Shown in pieces: positions 43,993-53,694 of a stretch of 64,000 bases of DNA. Origin of the DNA: a virus; the IMG/VR virus record IMGVR_UViG_3300046170_000502, positions 32,001 through 96,000 of that record. One strand, written 5' to 3'. The notes beneath the pieces were generated by a model. It was given only the letters and a program-made list of their open reading frames with translations, did no database searches and had not been told where the DNA came from. The translations under genes and the position numbers were made by a program. Positions within the stretch are counted from its first letter, which is position 1, and each line of letters starts with the position of its first letter.

Positions 43993-46239
43993 TTATTTTA
44001 TAAAGATGTATTCATGCGAATTTACTAAAGCCCATATTATTTCTTTATATATATCTTTTTTGTTTATTAGTGCGTCTTTGAATAATTTTAACTCTGCTAT
44101 AGAGGGTTTTCTATTTAAAATAGATTTAAAACCGACTTTTATTTTATCATCTAATGTTTTTTGTTCTTTTATTAATTTTACTATCTCTGAGTTTTTATTG
44201 TTTATAACTTTTGTTTCAATAAAACCATTAATTAAATTAAGAACTTGTGTTGTTGATGGGTCTGTATTTGAGTTTTCAATTTGTTCACGATCTGAGCCTC
44301 CAAATTCTCTAACTATATGACCTACGGGAGCTGGAGAACTTAATTCTGATGCTCGAACGGAGTTTCTATCTTTTACGAAATTATTCTTATCTTGCTGTTT
44401 TTTCTGAGAATTAAATTTTTCTACGCAAGACTTACAGCAGAACGCAAGAGTTTCTCCGTTTTCGTTTAGCGCTAATAAAGTTGGGTCAATAGCTCGACCA
44501 GGTTTGATTGGGCAGTCTATATTAATTGGGTTTCCAAATTTTTGATTGGTCTTGGGTTTTTGCGTTTTATTTATTCGAGACAATAATTCTTCAAGCAGCC
44601 CTTCTCCTGTCATGCTAGAAAACCTCTCAAAATCCTGATAGCCTGAATTTTTTGGCTGAAGTCTTCGAGAGTCTATATCCTTAAAATTCAAAGAGACTAA
44701 TGAATCCCACAGTTGCTCGCCACTCATCCTTTGCAAAATGGGGCCCTGATAGAAAAACGGAACTGCATTGAAAGATTGTTTTTCAACATTTGGTCCAGCA
44801 ATCACCCATTCAACGCCCACTGGCATAACAGTATCTTTTTCGTCTCTAGGTACAATATCTCTAGAAACAGATTGTCTTTGAAAGGTTTTTGTGTTGTAAA
44901 GTATTCTTAAGAACTCCTTTATGTCAAAATTTAATGCAACCATAACTTTTTCTAAATGAAGCTGTAATACTGGATCTGTTGCCATAGTCTCGTCAAACAT
45001 ATTATCTATTGGCTCAATTAGAGCTAACCCAAAAACCTCTTTCCATAATCTATTAACAATGACAGATGTAAATCTTGGGTTTTTTTCTGACGCCAACCAG
45101 TTTGCGTATAGCTCTCTTGAGCCAGTACCTTTGGCAAGTTCTATTTCTCGACCAAAAAGAGTTTTTCCTAAAAGGGATTCGTTTGGTTTTGCGTTGTCGT
45201 ATTGATAATCTTTAGGTAAATTGATTTTACCTGACCCTGGCTGATCTAGCCCCGCTTGCAATATATCTTGTATTGACCTTGAAGCATTTCTAACTTGAGG
45301 TACTTTTTGAGGCTCCCCAGCTTCCTCCAACCTTTTCTGTTCTTCTCTGACTAGTTTATTGAATTGGTTGAGATTGTCAACCCCTTTTCTTCTAAGATTT
45401 GTAGAACCACTGGTAAACGCAGCCATCTCATAAAATTCTTTTTGTGTCCATCTATCAAATGGATGATCGTGGCATTGCGCGCATTCTAAACTTGTGCCAA
45501 GGAAGATTCGGACGGTGTTAGCCATATTATCTAAAGGCATACCTGCATCTCTTGCAAAATAACCTACCCCTTCACTGCCTTTCTTCCATATAGGACCAGA
45601 AGAAGAGAGCATTTCTCTTACCCATTTATCATATGGTCTATTTTCAGATATAAATTGTTTGACATAATTTTTATATGGAATTCCTGATATTCTATTAGTT
45701 AATCTATCTTTTAATCTTAATATATCTGCCCAAAAGTTAAACCAATGACTATTGTATCCCTCGCTAGCTAATAAATCGTCTATGAGTTTTGTTCTTTTAT
45801 TCTTGTCTCTATTTTCGATAAAGCTATTCACTTCCTTGTAAGAAGGTGTTCTGCCTATTATTTTTAGATACGCTCTTCTAGAAAACGAAGAATCATTAAT
45901 TTCTTTATTAGGTCTTTGATTATAAGATCTTAATTTATTTTCGATTAGTTGATCTATGTACCTTGAATTTTTAATTAAATCTTGATCGGATAATGGTTTT
46001 TTAAATTTTGGTAAATTTTCGTGACCTGGGGCGAAGTTATTTTTCACATAAGCTTGATTGTCTTTTGTTAATAGTTTAAGAGGTATTCTAAAAAGTTGGA
46101 AGTCATCTTCTCTTTTGACAACAACATGCGTGCTGTTAGATTCTATTATTTCCCCTCTAATATTATTTCCATCATTAAAATATAAAACATCTCCAGAACA
46201 AAATAAAGATGATAAAATTAATAAAAATAAGTGTTTCAT
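43993..46239 (-). CDS. secreted SHD1-like + DUF1549 + DUF1553 protein with YHS/TRASH-like insert (start revised to 46239)
   Basis: Signal peptide MKHLFLL; RRAYLKIIGRTP; FLGTSLECAQCHDHPFD (CxxCH); NPRF..VIVNRLW; CPI...FCCKSC; LNLING; WALVNSHEY. Confidence 0.85.
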   Translation of the reverse strand: MKHLFLLILSSLFCSGDVLYFNDGNNIRGEIIESNSTHVVVKREDDFQLFRIPLKLLTKDNQAYVKNNFAPGHENLPKFKKPLSDQDLIKNSRYIDQLIENKLRSYNQRPNKEINDSSFSRRAYLKIIGRTPSYKEVNSFIENRDKNKRTKLIDDLLASEGYNSHWFNFWADILRLKDRLTNRISGIPYKNYVKQFISENRPYDKWVREMLSSSGPIWKKGSEGVGYFARDAGMPLDNMANTVRIFLGTSLECAQCHDHPFDRWTQKEFYEMAAFTSGSTNLRRKGVDNLNQFNKLVREEQKRLEEAGEPQKVPQVRNASRSIQDILQAGLDQPGSGKINLPKDYQYDNAKPNESLLGKTLFGREIELAKGTGSRELYANWLASEKNPRFTSVIVNRLWKEVFGLALIEPIDNMFDETMATDPVLQLHLEKVMVALNFDIKEFLRILYNTKTFQRQSVSRDIVPRDEKDTVMPVGVEWVIAGPNVEKQSFNAVPFFYQGPILQRMSGEQLWDSLVSLNFKDIDSRRLQPKNSGYQDFERFSSMTGEGLLEELLSRINKTQKPKTNQKFGNPINIDCPIKPGRAIDPTLLALNENGETLAFCCKSCVEKFNSQKKQQDKNNFVKDRNSVRASELSSPAPVGHIVREFGGSDREQIENSNTDPSTTQVLNLINGFIETKVINNKNSEIVKLIKEQKTLDDKIKVGFKSILNRKPSIAELKLFKDALINKKDIYKEIIWALVNSHEYIFIK

Positions 46240-46275
46240 GATAAATAGTAAATAAAAGTAAGGATATTTACACAC

Positions 46276-46301
46276 AAAAAAGCCGCCAAAAGGCGGCTTT
46301 T
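46276..46301 (-). terminator. intrinsic terminator (possibly bidirectional)
   Basis: AAGCCGCC-AAAA-GGCGGCTT flanked by A- and T-runs. Confidence 0.85.
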
Positions 46302-46320
46302 CGTTTTGTGCAGAATTTAT

Positions 46321-46560
46321 CTACTCTTTTGGAGAATTTGGTTTTAAAAGCGCAACTAGAAGAAGTAATGTAATTACTCCCGCCAAGGATGCGCCTTGAC
46401 CAACAAATCCTGTCACGACATCCTGTAGGTTGCCGATTACGTTAATAGGAGCTCCCTCGCCAAAGACGACTTGAGCTACGACCAAAAGGCCGATGATTGA
46501 CAGAAGCACGCTTGTAACGCCTCCTGCATATGATTTAATCGTATCGATTGTATTTTTCAT
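46321..46560 (-). CDS. small two-TM membrane protein
   Basis: Two hydrophobic helices. Confidence 0.75.
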   Translation of the reverse strand: MKNTIDTIKSYAGGVTSVLLSIIGLLVVAQVVFGEGAPINVIGNLQDVVTGFVGQGASLAGVITLLLLVALLKPNSPKE

Positions 46561-46573
46561 AATATTATTTTAA

Positions 46574-47227
46574 TTAGAATTGCGTTGAGATTCCCAATCC
46601 AACCACATATTCTTCACCAATAGTCTCTGAATCAACCCTAAAGAGATCTAATCCAATAGATGATTTTTCACCTAAAGATCTGGATGCCTCTAGTCCGATA
46701 GTATAGTATGTGTTATCAGTGGAGTTGGATGCATCGGTGTTACCTAATGAACCTAAAACATTTAGATCGCACACTTGCAGATCAAAACTATGTGATATAG
46801 ATAGTTCGTAGGTGTAGAGAGAGTCATCCAGCTGCCTGAATAAGCTAAAAGATGGGTTAAGTAAGGTGTCAATACCGACACCAATATGACCTTCCAATGC
46901 AGCTGATCCAGTAACATTTTCTACATGATTCAATCCAACATAAAAATCTAAAAGCGAATCCAAAAAGCTCTTAGAAACTCCTCCAGCGAGAACGTATGAA
47001 TCTACTCCTGAATTAACAGATTGGTTTGTGAATGCTCCTACAGAATAATCTAGTCCGGAAACTTTTCCACTCATGCCTAAATCTACTTGAATAGATTCTT
47101 GAGCTTGTAGTGTGCCTCGATAAAAATAATCGGAAGCGTATTTTGTTCCTAGAGAAAAACTCTCCGCAGAAGCGACGTTGATAAAAAGCCCCAAGAGGGC
47201 TGTGATAATTAATTTTGTTGTCTTCAT
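46574..47227 (-). CDS. outer-membrane beta-barrel protein (TorF/putative porin-like)
   Basis: Signal peptide, ASDYFYRG motif, alternating aromatic strands, terminal Phe. Confidence 0.75.
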   Translation of the reverse strand: MKTTKLIITALLGLFINVASAESFSLGTKYASDYFYRGTLQAQESIQVDLGMSGKVSGLDYSVGAFTNQSVNSGVDSYVLAGGVSKSFLDSLLDFYVGLNHVENVTGSAALEGHIGVGIDTLLNPSFSLFRQLDDSLYTYELSISHSFDLQVCDLNVLGSLGNTDASNSTDNTYYTIGLEASRSLGEKSSIGLDLFRVDSETIGEEYVVGLGISTQF

Positions 47228-47268
47228 AATATTAAAGAACCATATTGTATACTATATTCTAGTGAATG

Positions 47269-47664
47269 TCAAGTTATTTTTATTCTTGAACTTGTTTTAT
47301 TTTTAATTTTAGGTATTTTTATATTCAATAATCCATTATTCATGGTTGCGGATACATTTTTTGAATCCATGTCGTTTTGTAGTTTGTATTTATTTTCAAA
47401 AGAACCAAATGATATTTGTTGCTGTGAATATTTTGTATCATCTTTTATTTTGTTTTCGTATGATACATGTAATATATTTTCTTTTACTTGTATATCTATA
47501 TCTTTTTTATTTAATCCTACTGCTTCAATTTGAATTAAGATATGATCTTCTTCTTTTATAATGTTGGATTTTCTTTTAGGGTTTAAATCTTCATAGTAGA
47601 TATCATCTAATAAAGAATTAAAAAATGAATCTAAAGAATTATTGTTTTTAATATAATATGACAT
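47269..47664 (-). CDS. small heat-shock protein Hsp20 (start revised to 47664)
   Basis: IEAVGLNKKDIDI, GSFENKYKL, ATMNNGLLNIKIPK; AAGGAG SD before ATG. Confidence 0.9.
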   Translation of the reverse strand: MSYYIKNNNSLDSFFNSLLDDIYYEDLNPKRKSNIIKEEDHILIQIEAVGLNKKDIDIQVKENILHVSYENKIKDDTKYSQQQISFGSFENKYKLQNDMDSKNVSATMNNGLLNIKIPKIKNKTSSRIKIT

Positions 47665-47751
47665 ATTGTCTCCTTGTTTTGATTGTGGTTTATGTAGTGT
47701 GTAAATGTGTCTCAATAAAGACTGTATTATTGAATTTACAATACTATATTT

Positions 47752-47767
47752 GCTATAATCGTGCCAA
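47752..47767 (-). promoter_or_regulatory. sigma54-type -24/-12 promoter upstream of hsp20
   Basis: TGGCACGATTATAGCA = GG-N10-GC. Confidence 0.55.
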
Positions 47768-47799
47768 AAAAAACCCCGCCAGAATAAAGCGGGGTTTTA
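47767..47799 (-). terminator. intrinsic terminator
   Basis: AAACCCCGC-N9-GCGGGGTTT with an A-run. Confidence 0.8.
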
Positions 47800-47820
47800 G
47801 GGTTTTAAATTGTTAAATTT

Positions 47821-49233
47821 TTAAGCCTTGGGCTTCTCGTGAGTATATCCCATTTTCTTCATTTTTAAATGATCTTCCATGGTTTTGGCTTTGTAACCTT
47901 TTCCTGTTTTTGGATCATACATAATATGAGGTTTGAATTCTTCTTTAGCATAATCTTTTTTCATTTTCTTAGACTGTGCTTTTTTAATAGCGTCCTTAGA
48001 TGGGTAATCCTTATCGCCGGGCTTAGTAGGTTTGTAATTTTTGCCCATTCTTTTTTTCTTTTTTTGAATATTTTCCCAAAGACCAGCCTCAGAAGTCTCA
48101 CCTTGTTTTTTTAAGATAACATCTTGCAAAGCTTTTGGTAGCTTTTTTTGTTTTTCTGTAAGGCCAGCATCAGATTTCTCATAAAGAGAAGACTTCATTT
48201 TTTTATACTGCATTTTGCAGGTGGCATATGTTTTATCTTTATCCATTCCTGATGTACTTACTAGATCTTCGTCATAAGAAGCACAATGACTCATGAAAAC
48301 TTTTTCAATTTCATCAGAAGGCGAAGCTTCAGAAATTTTATCTTCTACATTCGGCGATTCTTGTATCTCTTCGCCTTTTGTCATATTGGTGACACTTTTT
48401 TTGCTCCACATTTTACAGCTCCAATATCTAGCTTTTGTTTTTGGCCCAGGGTTCGCACAATTATGTCGAGCCCTAAAGTTTTTCCTGCGATTTGGGTCGT
48501 CGCGTTTTATTTCCATGTTAGGATCTCCGAAATTAACTTTTACCACATTACCTTTTTCATTTTTAACGTAAACAGAAAATTTCTTTGGCCCTTTCGGGGT
48601 TCTGAATGGTTTATTTAATTTTTTTCCTTTATTAGCTTCTGAGGCCCAACTCTCTTCATCGATATATTCTTCAAAGCCCAATTCATCGACATCAATAAAA
48701 ATTGTGCTCCACATCTCTTCGGTAAATTCTGGATCTTCTTGGAGTTGATAATTATGAATATCTAGTTTTGCGGCAATAAGATCTTCTTCTGTGAATAAAT
48801 TAAGTTCATTCCTAATTCCGTCATCAATTAAAACTCCTGCAGAGGCTTTAGCTACATCTTGGTCAGCTTTTCTGTAACTATCTTTTACTTTTCCTCCTCG
48901 AACCATTTTTAAAAACATATTGACCCTTGCCATCGCCCACTGACCCCTGCTTTTCCCAGGTCTATGACTAGAAGAGAAAGCTCCTGCGCCCCTGCGATAT
49001 ACCTTTTTTAATTGAGATAGAGTAACTTTTTTCTTTGATTTAGAATTATGATCTTTAACTTTAGACTTCAAAGACTCAAGCACTCTGTCAGAGAAAGTTA
49101 TTTTTCCACCTTTTTCTCCTGCGCTTCCAGGTTTATTTTTACTAGAACCTTTTTTTTGTTCAGATTTCTTTGCGGGTGTTTGAGCTGAACTCTTTGGTCC
49201 AGAGCGTTTGGCTGAATAAGATTTTTTTTCCAT
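47821..49233 (-). CDS. lysine-rich mosaic protein of short repeated phage modules
   Basis: VYRRGAGAFSSSHRP..QWAMARV; FRARHNC...ARYWSC; GLWENI; KPHIMYDPKTG modules; GTGTA 10 nt upstream. Confidence 0.75.
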   Translation of the reverse strand: MEKKSYSAKRSGPKSSAQTPAKKSEQKKGSSKNKPGSAGEKGGKITFSDRVLESLKSKVKDHNSKSKKKVTLSQLKKVYRRGAGAFSSSHRPGKSRGQWAMARVNMFLKMVRGGKVKDSYRKADQDVAKASAGVLIDDGIRNELNLFTEEDLIAAKLDIHNYQLQEDPEFTEEMWSTIFIDVDELGFEEYIDEESWASEANKGKKLNKPFRTPKGPKKFSVYVKNEKGNVVKVNFGDPNMEIKRDDPNRRKNFRARHNCANPGPKTKARYWSCKMWSKKSVTNMTKGEEIQESPNVEDKISEASPSDEIEKVFMSHCASYDEDLVSTSGMDKDKTYATCKMQYKKMKSSLYEKSDAGLTEKQKKLPKALQDVILKKQGETSEAGLWENIQKKKKRMGKNYKPTKPGDKDYPSKDAIKKAQSKKMKKDYAKEEFKPHIMYDPKTGKGYKAKTMEDHLKMKKMGYTHEKPKA

Positions 49234-49257
49234 AGATATTAATTACACGAATTTTGT

Positions 49258-50295
49258 TTATTTTTGCCTTGTTAGAAGCATGTAATCACTTTGATACATT
49301 TTTTTGACAAGTCCTGCAAAGTCCGTTTTTCTCTTCCACCCCATTTCTTTTTCCGCAAGAGATGGATCTCCGCATAGTTCGTGAACTTCTGCAGGCCTGT
49401 AAAATTTAGGGTCAACTTCAAAAAATAATCTTCCGTCAGTCGTATGATACTTTTCTTCGACTTCGGTTCCAGAAGTTTCGAATTGAATGTTTGCATTGTT
49501 CAAGGATTCGTTAAGGAATTCTCTAACTGTGTGCATTTCTCCACTCCCAAGCACATAATTTTTTGGCGTTTTCTGGTTAAGCATTAGCCAAACCCCTTCC
49601 ATAAAATCCTCTGCATCACTCCAATCTCTTTGGGCCTCTATATTTCCAAGCTTTAATATGGGTAATTTTTGACCTTTCTCTATAGCAATTTTAATTCTAG
49701 CAATTGTGTGAGTTATTTTTCGAGTTACAAAATCAAGACCCCTTCGACTGCCTTCGTGATTAAACAGCCAACCTTGGATGGCGTATATTTTATAGGACTC
49801 TCTGTATACGCGAACAATATGTCTTGCCCCGCATTTTGCGGCACCATAAGGCGATTGAGGTCGAAGTGGGTGCTCTTCATTTTGAGGTGAATAAATGACA
49901 TCCCCAAACTCTTCACTTGATCCGGCATTGTAAAATCTACATTGCGGCGCGAATCGACGAATAGATTCAAGAATGTGGAGCACAGCATTAGCATCTGTGT
50001 CCCATGTTTGAATCGGATAATTCCAACTGCCTGCAACAAAAGATTGCGCTGCGAAATTTATAAAGTAGTCTGGCTGAATATCCAATATTATATCACGCAT
50101 GCTATGCGCATCATTCAAATCCATATCAATTAGATGAAATCGCGACTCATTTTCTAGATGCAAAATGTTTTCGTGATTTTTAACACTCAACCTTCTTACT
50201 GAGCCATATATTTCATGGCTAGTATTTTTTAATAGATAATCAACCATATGACTTCCGTCTTGGCCGGTGACTCCTGTTACTATTATTTTTTTCAT
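49258..50295 (-). CDS. gmd: GDP-mannose 4,6-dehydratase
   Basis: TGVTGQDGSH, FAAQSFV, YNAGSSEEFG, SPYGAAK, FNHEG, RDWSDA, FYRPAEV. Confidence 0.95.
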   Translation of the reverse strand: MKKIIVTGVTGQDGSHMVDYLLKNTSHEIYGSVRRLSVKNHENILHLENESRFHLIDMDLNDAHSMRDIILDIQPDYFINFAAQSFVAGSWNYPIQTWDTDANAVLHILESIRRFAPQCRFYNAGSSEEFGDVIYSPQNEEHPLRPQSPYGAAKCGARHIVRVYRESYKIYAIQGWLFNHEGSRRGLDFVTRKITHTIARIKIAIEKGQKLPILKLGNIEAQRDWSDAEDFMEGVWLMLNQKTPKNYVLGSGEMHTVREFLNESLNNANIQFETSGTEVEEKYHTTDGRLFFEVDPKFYRPAEVHELCGDPSLAEKEMGWKRKTDFAGLVKKMYQSDYMLLTRQK

Positions 50296-50313
50296 TTTAA
50301 ATTATATATTTAG

Positions 50314-50940
50314 TTAAAGTTTTTTATAAACATCATCTATATGTAGTTTTTGTATCTTTTCGTATCCCAAAGATTCCAGAAATTTAGTAATACTTGTTTT
50401 GTTGTAGTTGTTCTCAATCAATAAAACGTCGATAGACACTTTGTCAAAATCAATTCCATGAATGATTTGTTCTTCCGATCCTTCTGTGTCAATGGAGCAA
50501 AAGTCGATTTTACTTATATTATGTTTCTCTAGCAAGCTTTGTAGGGTTGTAGTTTTTACTTTAATAACCTCAGAACCATTGTTGCGAGGGTTTTGTATTT
50601 CAAATTTTATTCTCTGTTGATGAATAGGATCATACTTGTCGACCAAACCGCTTAAACCCTTGCCGTAGCCAGAAATATCAAGAAAGTCACATTCTCCATC
50701 TCTATCTGATACAGCTACATTTTCGCAGATACAATTTCTGTTTTTTTCCAACAACTTATATCTCATTGGGCTTGCTTCAATACATAATCCTGTCCAACCT
50801 AATTCCTCAAAAAGTTTTGTGTTGCTTTTATCGACACCATCATCGGCGCCAATTTCTACAAATACCCCATTTTCTTTATCAGAAAAAATATTTTCAAATA
50901 ACCATGTATCTTGATTGTATTGACTGTATGTTTTCATGAT
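50314..50940 (-). CDS. FkbM-family SAM methyltransferase
   Basis: YSQYNQD, FVEIGADDG..SNT, IDFCSIDTEGSE. Confidence 0.88.
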   Translation of the reverse strand: MMKTYSQYNQDTWLFENIFSDKENGVFVEIGADDGVDKSNTKLFEELGWTGLCIEASPMRYKLLEKNRNCICENVAVSDRDGECDFLDISGYGKGLSGLVDKYDPIHQQRIKFEIQNPRNNGSEVIKVKTTTLQSLLEKHNISKIDFCSIDTEGSEEQIIHGIDFDKVSIDVLLIENNYNKTSITKFLESLGYEKIQKLHIDDVYKKL

Positions 50941-51725
50941 AATATATTGTGTATCGTTGACCAAATATTATATTTGTTTAATATCAAATTTCTAGCTTCT
51001 TGCATAGCTTTAATTTCTTGATTGGAAATAGGTTTACCTGCAATTTCCATAATTTGATCGGGTTGATCAAGATTGATTGATCGATACGACCCCTCTGGGA
51101 AGAATTGGTCAATGTTCGGACATCCCCAATATAAGGGCATGCACCATGATAGTATTGAATCTGTTATTTTTTCTGTGAAGTAGTTTTCTTGCGAGCAATT
51201 TTCAATACAAATAGACATGGAGTACTGGGAAAAAGCATTCCACCTTTGTTCGGAAGTTACAGATTTACCTGTGAAGATATTACCAAAATAATCAACATGA
51301 TCTGCAAAATTAGCAATGATTGATTTAATGAATAATGTTCTATGTAGGTGTTTGCTGCTTGAAACTGCACTTATGTGTTTATATTTTTTTGTATAACTTT
51401 CTGTTTCGAGTAAGCTATACGAGCTAGGTGTTCTTGTGCAGACATGATATTTGTCTACTGAGGAGTAGTCAAAATTACTGAAGAAAGATGTCGGAGCATT
51501 CCAAGGTTTTATAATATTAGGCTCGCGGCGAAAATGTACTGAATTTGCGCGACTAATTGACGGTATATCAAGGCAAACAATGTAGTCTGATAGTTGTATA
51601 TCTTGCGCACCAATAATATTTTTCCATACGCCTGAATTATTAGGTGTTAATTGAGAATATTGATTTAATAAGACTTGCGGTTTATCCCCCCAAGAAGATA
51701 TAAATCCTACTCGCGTGTCAGTCAT
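50934..51725 (-). CDS. glycosyltransferase family 10 (fucosyltransferase-like)
   Basis: YSMSICIENCSQENYFTEKI.D....CMPLYWGCPNI alpha-1,3-FucT motif. Confidence 0.82.
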   Translation of the reverse strand: MTDTRVGFISSWGDKPQVLLNQYSQLTPNNSGVWKNIIGAQDIQLSDYIVCLDIPSISRANSVHFRREPNIIKPWNAPTSFFSNFDYSSVDKYHVCTRTPSSYSLLETESYTKKYKHISAVSSSKHLHRTLFIKSIIANFADHVDYFGNIFTGKSVTSEQRWNAFSQYSMSICIENCSQENYFTEKITDSILSWCMPLYWGCPNIDQFFPEGSYRSINLDQPDQIMEIAGKPISNQEIKAMQEARNLILNKYNIWSTIHNILS

Positions 51726-53694
51726 TACTGATAGAACCGATCAATCGAACGTCTTCAATATCTTTTGGCTCATTGCGTTTTTGTTTTAGTTTTTTAATAA
51801 TTTCTAATGAAGCAAATTTAATATCATTGAAGCAAAAATGATTAAAGTTATTGTATAAGATGTCATGTTTGTGTGTTGGGTAGAAAGATAATTCTTGTTC
51901 GTGAGAATTTATCGAATTAATTCCTTGTATGATGTGCGATGAATTTTGATGTATATAGTCTAGGTCTCTTGCGTTTCTTAATCCAAACAATTGTAATACT
52001 GCGCTACCTGTGACACAAAAATTTTCAGATAGCAAATTTGCCTCCTTGAGTATTTTTCTATAAGTTATCAATAGCTTCCAGAAGTCGCTAGAAAGATCGA
52101 TTGTTGCATGATTCATAAAATGAATACAATTGTTGTTAAAGGCAGCTCTAACAGCTCTAACAGTTTGTTCGTGCGTATCATTTATGTGGACCGAAGGTTT
52201 CCCAATTTTGTAAAGATCTCTGATTTGACTTTTTAAAGCATTAGCTAAATCTATATCTGCACACTCAATTAAATATGCTTTTACCGTAGATTTACCCAAA
52301 CACTTTTGGGTTTGATGTTTTATACCTGCCAATGGGTCTTGTTGTGTAGAAATCCAAGGTTCGCCAAAATACATTTGACTAATATAGTTATGCAAGCCGT
52401 TTTCATTTAATGGTAGATTTTTTTCATAAACTACAGGAACGGATTGTTTGATTATTCGATCCACTGCGCTTGCTTGATCTGAGCTTTCATTTCTGGCAGG
52501 ATATAATGTTAAAAGTTTGCAGTTAGGTTTAATATACGCATATTCTGTTGCAATTACATCAAGATACTTTTCTGTAAGTTTTGCAGATTTAAAATAATAG
52601 CTACTACAGTTTTTCTGCCCAGCTTGAGGTTCATTTGTAGTGATCACCGAAGGAACTCTGTTATGAAAAATCGAAGCGGATATTCTGTGCGAGCCATTCA
52701 AAAGATTGCCTGCGCTATCAACTGGAACAGGAAATTGTTCGTCAAAGCCGTTTGTTTTTATTGAATCTAGCACGTTATTAAAGTCTTGCTTGTATTTATC
52801 GTAACTATTTTTTTCTGGCTGATCATATTCAATAAATTTATTACTTGTAAAAGATCTTAGATGTTCTTTATAGACATCTTCTGCAAAATTACTTTGGATA
52901 TTGAATTCTCTATATTTCGCATACAACAATTTGGCGATAATGTCAAATCTTAATGGAGTTAGATACTGTGCTGCAATGTTGATTGGGTGATATGGTTTTT
53001 TGCTTCTCGCAAAGTTTGCGCATTTATTTTGCTCTGCAGCAGAAACCTTATGATCATTTATTGGATTGCCTTCGTTATATATGTAATTGATTTGCGGAGT
53101 AAATTTAATATGTTTGTGGGTTGCCATTTCAACCATAGGAAACATAAAAAAAGTATCACCTCCGCGTTTAGCATACCATCCAGTCTCATCAAAAAGATCT
53201 TGTTGTGCAATTTTCCTCCATAAAAAAACTCTCCAAGATCGTAAAGCGCATAAGCCGAAATGCGAAGTTCGCGGGCTTGTTTCTGGGGTTATAGCTTTTG
53301 CAAATCCAGCTCGACCATCACTATACTGGAATTGTCCGTATGTTAACCAGGTGTCGGGGTTTTTATATTCTTTAGATATTCTTTCGAATACTAAATTATC
53401 TGGCAGCCAATCATCCCCATCTACTTGAATCGCGATATCATCGTCAGAAACTCTGTCAGATCTCAAAATTTGATCATAGTTGCCTGGTTGGTATAATTTT
53501 TTTGTATTATTTACAATGATAAATCTCCCATCTTTTTTCGAAATTTCTTCCGCTGCTTGTAATGTGCCGTCGGTTGATAAATCATTAAGAATATAACACT
53601 CGAAGTTTTTGAATGTTTGATCTTGGATAGAGTGAAGACATTTTTGTATCCATGTCTCGCAATTGTATGCAGTTGTCAGTACTATGATTTTCAT
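51718..53694 (-). CDS. GT2 glycosyltransferase fused to ParB-like and nucleotidyltransferase-like domains
   Basis: TTAYNCE..I, NDLSTDGT, VDGDDWL; then LLNGSHRIS; then VTGSAVL...ARDLDY. Confidence 0.75.
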   Translation of the reverse strand: MKIIVLTTAYNCETWIQKCLHSIQDQTFKNFECYILNDLSTDGTLQAAEEISKKDGRFIIVNNTKKLYQPGNYDQILRSDRVSDDDIAIQVDGDDWLPDNLVFERISKEYKNPDTWLTYGQFQYSDGRAGFAKAITPETSPRTSHFGLCALRSWRVFLWRKIAQQDLFDETGWYAKRGGDTFFMFPMVEMATHKHIKFTPQINYIYNEGNPINDHKVSAAEQNKCANFARSKKPYHPINIAAQYLTPLRFDIIAKLLYAKYREFNIQSNFAEDVYKEHLRSFTSNKFIEYDQPEKNSYDKYKQDFNNVLDSIKTNGFDEQFPVPVDSAGNLLNGSHRISASIFHNRVPSVITTNEPQAGQKNCSSYYFKSAKLTEKYLDVIATEYAYIKPNCKLLTLYPARNESSDQASAVDRIIKQSVPVVYEKNLPLNENGLHNYISQMYFGEPWISTQQDPLAGIKHQTQKCLGKSTVKAYLIECADIDLANALKSQIRDLYKIGKPSVHINDTHEQTVRAVRAAFNNNCIHFMNHATIDLSSDFWKLLITYRKILKEANLLSENFCVTGSAVLQLFGLRNARDLDYIHQNSSHIIQGINSINSHEQELSFYPTHKHDILYNNFNHFCFNDIKFASLEIIKKLKQKRNEPKDIEDVRLIGSISND

